The notes under the pieces: generated by a model
Seen by the model: only the letters and a program-made list of their open reading frames with translations
Told to the model about the DNA's origin: nothing
The model's database searches: none
In this document: positions 60,843-64,000 of the stretch, piece by piece
Layout: every line of letters starts with the position of its first letter
Position numbering within the stretch: position 1 is the stretch's first letter
NCBI GenBank assembly: GCA_030248215.1
Contig: JASANG010000611.1
Location: forward strand, 558,001-622,000
Origin: Enoplolaimus lenunculus
Taxonomy: Eukaryota
Direction of reading: 5' to 3'
Length of the DNA: 64,000 nt
Translations under genes and position numbers: made by a program

Positions 60843-63022
60843 CTAGTATAGTATAGAGCTTCAAATTTAACTTTGAATCCAATTAACTGTACTACTCAAC
60901 GCAACAGCATTTACCTTTATCTGTTTTATCAAAATTTAGCCATTTCTTTGAAATCGTTGTACTAAAATTAGCGGACCCGAAAGCCAGTCGGGCGGAACCG
61001 GCAAGTAAGCTAACGAATGACCAGAATATTAATCAACCAAAAAACCAACTTCAGCTACGTATAGGTGTGTCTATTTTTATTGGACTCCCAAACAAATAGA
61101 GCACTTTAGCCAGCACCGAATCCACAAACTTCTGAACGAGAGGGGGGTCGTACGAGTTATAAATCTTGGAGAAACCTCGCGAACGAGAAGCCCAACGCCA
61201 TTTTAGTGCTAAACCGTTACACAAAATCTTTGTTTTGATCCCATTTGGACGGAGTCTAGGCCGGGGTGTTCCCCATAGATCCCCCCAGCGGTTTGGCACA
61301 AGCGAGACGTATACGGCACACACCGGTACACGCTACCTAGTTTATTGGATTAGAATGCAAGACGCATGTCATGTTTTACGTCGGTTGGTTTTCTTTGGTC
61401 GAACCAGTTGCTATGCTTTGCCAAGAAAAATAGATTTTCCGTCTTCTGGTAGCCACTTTAAATTGCATAAGCAAAACAACAAGCATTGCAGTATAAACTT
61501 TAGGTTCCAGACAGCGATTTTTCAGCTTATGACGCTCGGCATACATAATACGCAACGTCTTTTGGGATTGAAAGCTGTGTGATTTGAGTTTTCGCTGAGC
61601 GTAACTTGATTTTGTTTGCGTGTATTTTGTTAAGCAATGCTGTGAGCGTTGTGTGGTGCTCAGGTGTGGAATAACTTGGTATGCAAACGAAGGAACGTGA
61701 TTATGCGTTTGTGAATCCACAATATGAAATGGCTCTTTCAACAAACACTCAGTTAATTATTCTGTTACTAAATATATAGAGTTACTAATTAAATCAATTC
61801 AATTCCAGTTGCACATGGATATCGCAATTCTAAACAAATGCACACCGAGGGGTCAGGAGAGGGGGCACCATCCAATCCTAATGCTGTCTCACTGAACCCA
61901 CGTTAACGACTTTTAATTTTCGTTTTCAACCTAACATTTGAGTCGATTTTTCAGCGCTGGCACTAACTCCAGTTCAAAATTAAGCAAAACCAAGAGTGTG
62001 CAACTGTACCACTGGGCGTTGCGTTTTAGGCCCGCCCCCCTTGTTTAGTGGGCGGTCGCCATCACATGAATTCCCCTTAAATTAAACTATAAGGTGAGGA
62101 GCATATTTCAAGCCGCATACATAAAGTGTCATGGTTCGCACTAAGTTGTACGAGGCAAAAACGCAACGCGTGCCGGCTACATTCTTTTCCACACAGAATG
62201 CGCCCAATTACACACTCTAGTAAACGCATTATCGACTCTTGATAAAATTTACTCAAAATAGTCAACGTATGTTTGAATTTAGCAGTTACGAGATTGAAAT
62301 TTTGACGTCACTGCAACCGGAGGCTACTTATGAACTATTACAAATTTACATTAGTTACCTATCATCCACCCCAACCCCCCGAAACGACAATGCACGATAA
62401 ACCAATCCATGCCAACCGACCCACTGCAACAATACACCCCACCACCACAACACATTAATTCCGACCACTTTTATTCTATTTCACACTCACGTACACTTCG
62501 TTAACTTTACATCCCAGTTAGGATCGTAGCCATGATTTCATTCCGTGAGGGGATACCTTTCATTTTGAAGTGTTTTTTTCGTGAGTGAGAAAATTTGGTT
62601 TCGACCTCACCATCGATCAAGTTATTGTTAAGCTTGTAAATGTGCCTTGTTGTCGTCGGCAGAAATTTCCGTGATCGATATATCCCTATTGTATACTACG
62701 AATCTAATCGCAATCCAAAGATATACAATGAAAATTTCACATGTCCATGTGTATAAAAACATATACAAATCACAACTACTTCCACTTTACCTACACACAC
62801 TATCAATGGGTATTGTTGTTGCAATTATTGCACGTTTTACACACAGCGCATTATGTTTTTGTGGCGATCAAACTAATAGTTTCTTGCGTTTTTATCGTCG
62901 TCAATTGTATAACACTTTCTCTCGTTTTTGATTTTAGTCAAGTATCTGCGTTGAATTTTTGTAACACATGTTCGTAAAGCAAACAAAAAATTGTCAAAAA
63001 GTTAGATAAATTATATATCATT

Positions 63023-63395
63023 TAGGGACGTGTCGATTAATCCGGCATCGGCATCGGTAATAATCGGCACTTTTCGTGAGTATCGGCATCGGCACTGCAA
63101 AAAAAATTTGCCGATTCTTTGCATATACTTTTTGCGCATGTAACAGTCAGTTGGAATGCTATCAGTTTCATTTCTGGACGCATATCTCTGTGTCTGGTCA
63201 GTAAAATTGTTATCTCTTTTGCGTTTGTGTCTCAAAAAATTAATTGAAATGAACCGTTCTTATAAAATTCTAATCGTTTATAATGGTTAGGGTTTAAGTC
63301 TTCATATAATCATGTAATGTAGTATCCTGTCGGTTAATTAAACATGGTGTACTAAAGTTGGAATCGGCACTGGTTCAGCATCGGCGAAAATACCT
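63023..63395 (+). mobile_element. MITE with ATCGGC subterminal repeats; second copy at ~50029-50411
   Basis: Both copies share GTG.CGATTAATC.GGCAT...GCAAAAAA.TTGCCGAT...TTGGAATGCTAT...AATTGAAATGAACCG...TTTAAGTCTTC...TTGGAATCGGCA. Confidence 0.7.
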
Positions 63396-64000
63396 ACATA
63401 GTTTGTGGAAAATTTAGAAACAGCCACACCTAATACTATGTATCTCACAAATTCCTTTTAAGTATTTCAAAAATACCACATCATTAGTGTTTGAACAAAA
63501 TGTGTTCAGTTTGCGCATAAAACACCAATAGCATCAGTGCGCATATCACATTCTTTCACAAAAACTTAACTGTGAAAACAAAAAGCATTTTCACAAACGA
63601 ATTCGTTCGCACCACTGGGCAAAATCACGAAACAGCAAGGCAACCAGTAATAGTTTGTTAATCGAGAGGGCAGGCAACAATCATAAACGGTGCACAGAGA
63701 ACATTTTCGTTAATTGTTTTTAATTTTGCAGAAAAAACTTTTTAAATTAATGGATCGAGAAACGCTATCCCCTGGCGTGCAGCCCACACCGACCTTCACC
63801 CCCTCCACACTTGCGACATTGTCACAAAACGCTTCTCGCACAGCTTGACGAAGCTTCAAAGTAGCTTAGCAATTTAACAAGCGCCACCGTGTGTAAATTT
63901 GCGGTATTTCACAGAACTGCTCTTTTTTGTTGTTTTTTTTCGTTTTCAACATCCGGTAAACTATTACAGTTAAAATATGCTTGCGAAAATATATCAATGA

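Overview
Eukaryotic, AT-rich and very repeat-rich DNA, almost certainly from a nematode: it has TTAGGC telomere-type hexamers, TTTCAG/TTTTAG splice acceptors and an innexin nearly identical to C. elegans INX-1 as I recall it. The intron sizes and MITE load are unlike Caenorhabditis, so a larger-genome nematode is my guess. I reconstructed four spliced genes by hand, with consistent GT-AG phases. (1) Minus strand, 4880 to beyond position 1: a secreted protein with a signal peptide, two chitin-binding type-2-like domains and tandem one-exon Cys-rich/poly-Pro modules. (2) A complete 4-exon inx-1 innexin on plus (37645-40959, 445 aa). (3) A complete 3-exon C1orf131/FSAF1 (DUF4602)-like gene on minus (44740-46741, 184 aa). 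(4) The last three exons of TMCO1 on minus (49434-53160). Genes 3 and 4 are mostly missed by the ORF track. The rest is a decayed LTR-like element (~6.9-11.2 kb; PPT plus TG...CA LTR, no pol seen, many in-frame TAA/TAG stops), dozens of MITEs (hAT-like, Harbinger-like, Tc1-like, piggyBac-like), tRNA-derived repeats, minisatellites and local duplications. The most distinctive signal is that two unrelated MITE families carry internal TTAGGC telomeric arrays. Gene names come from my recall of family sequences, not from a database search.
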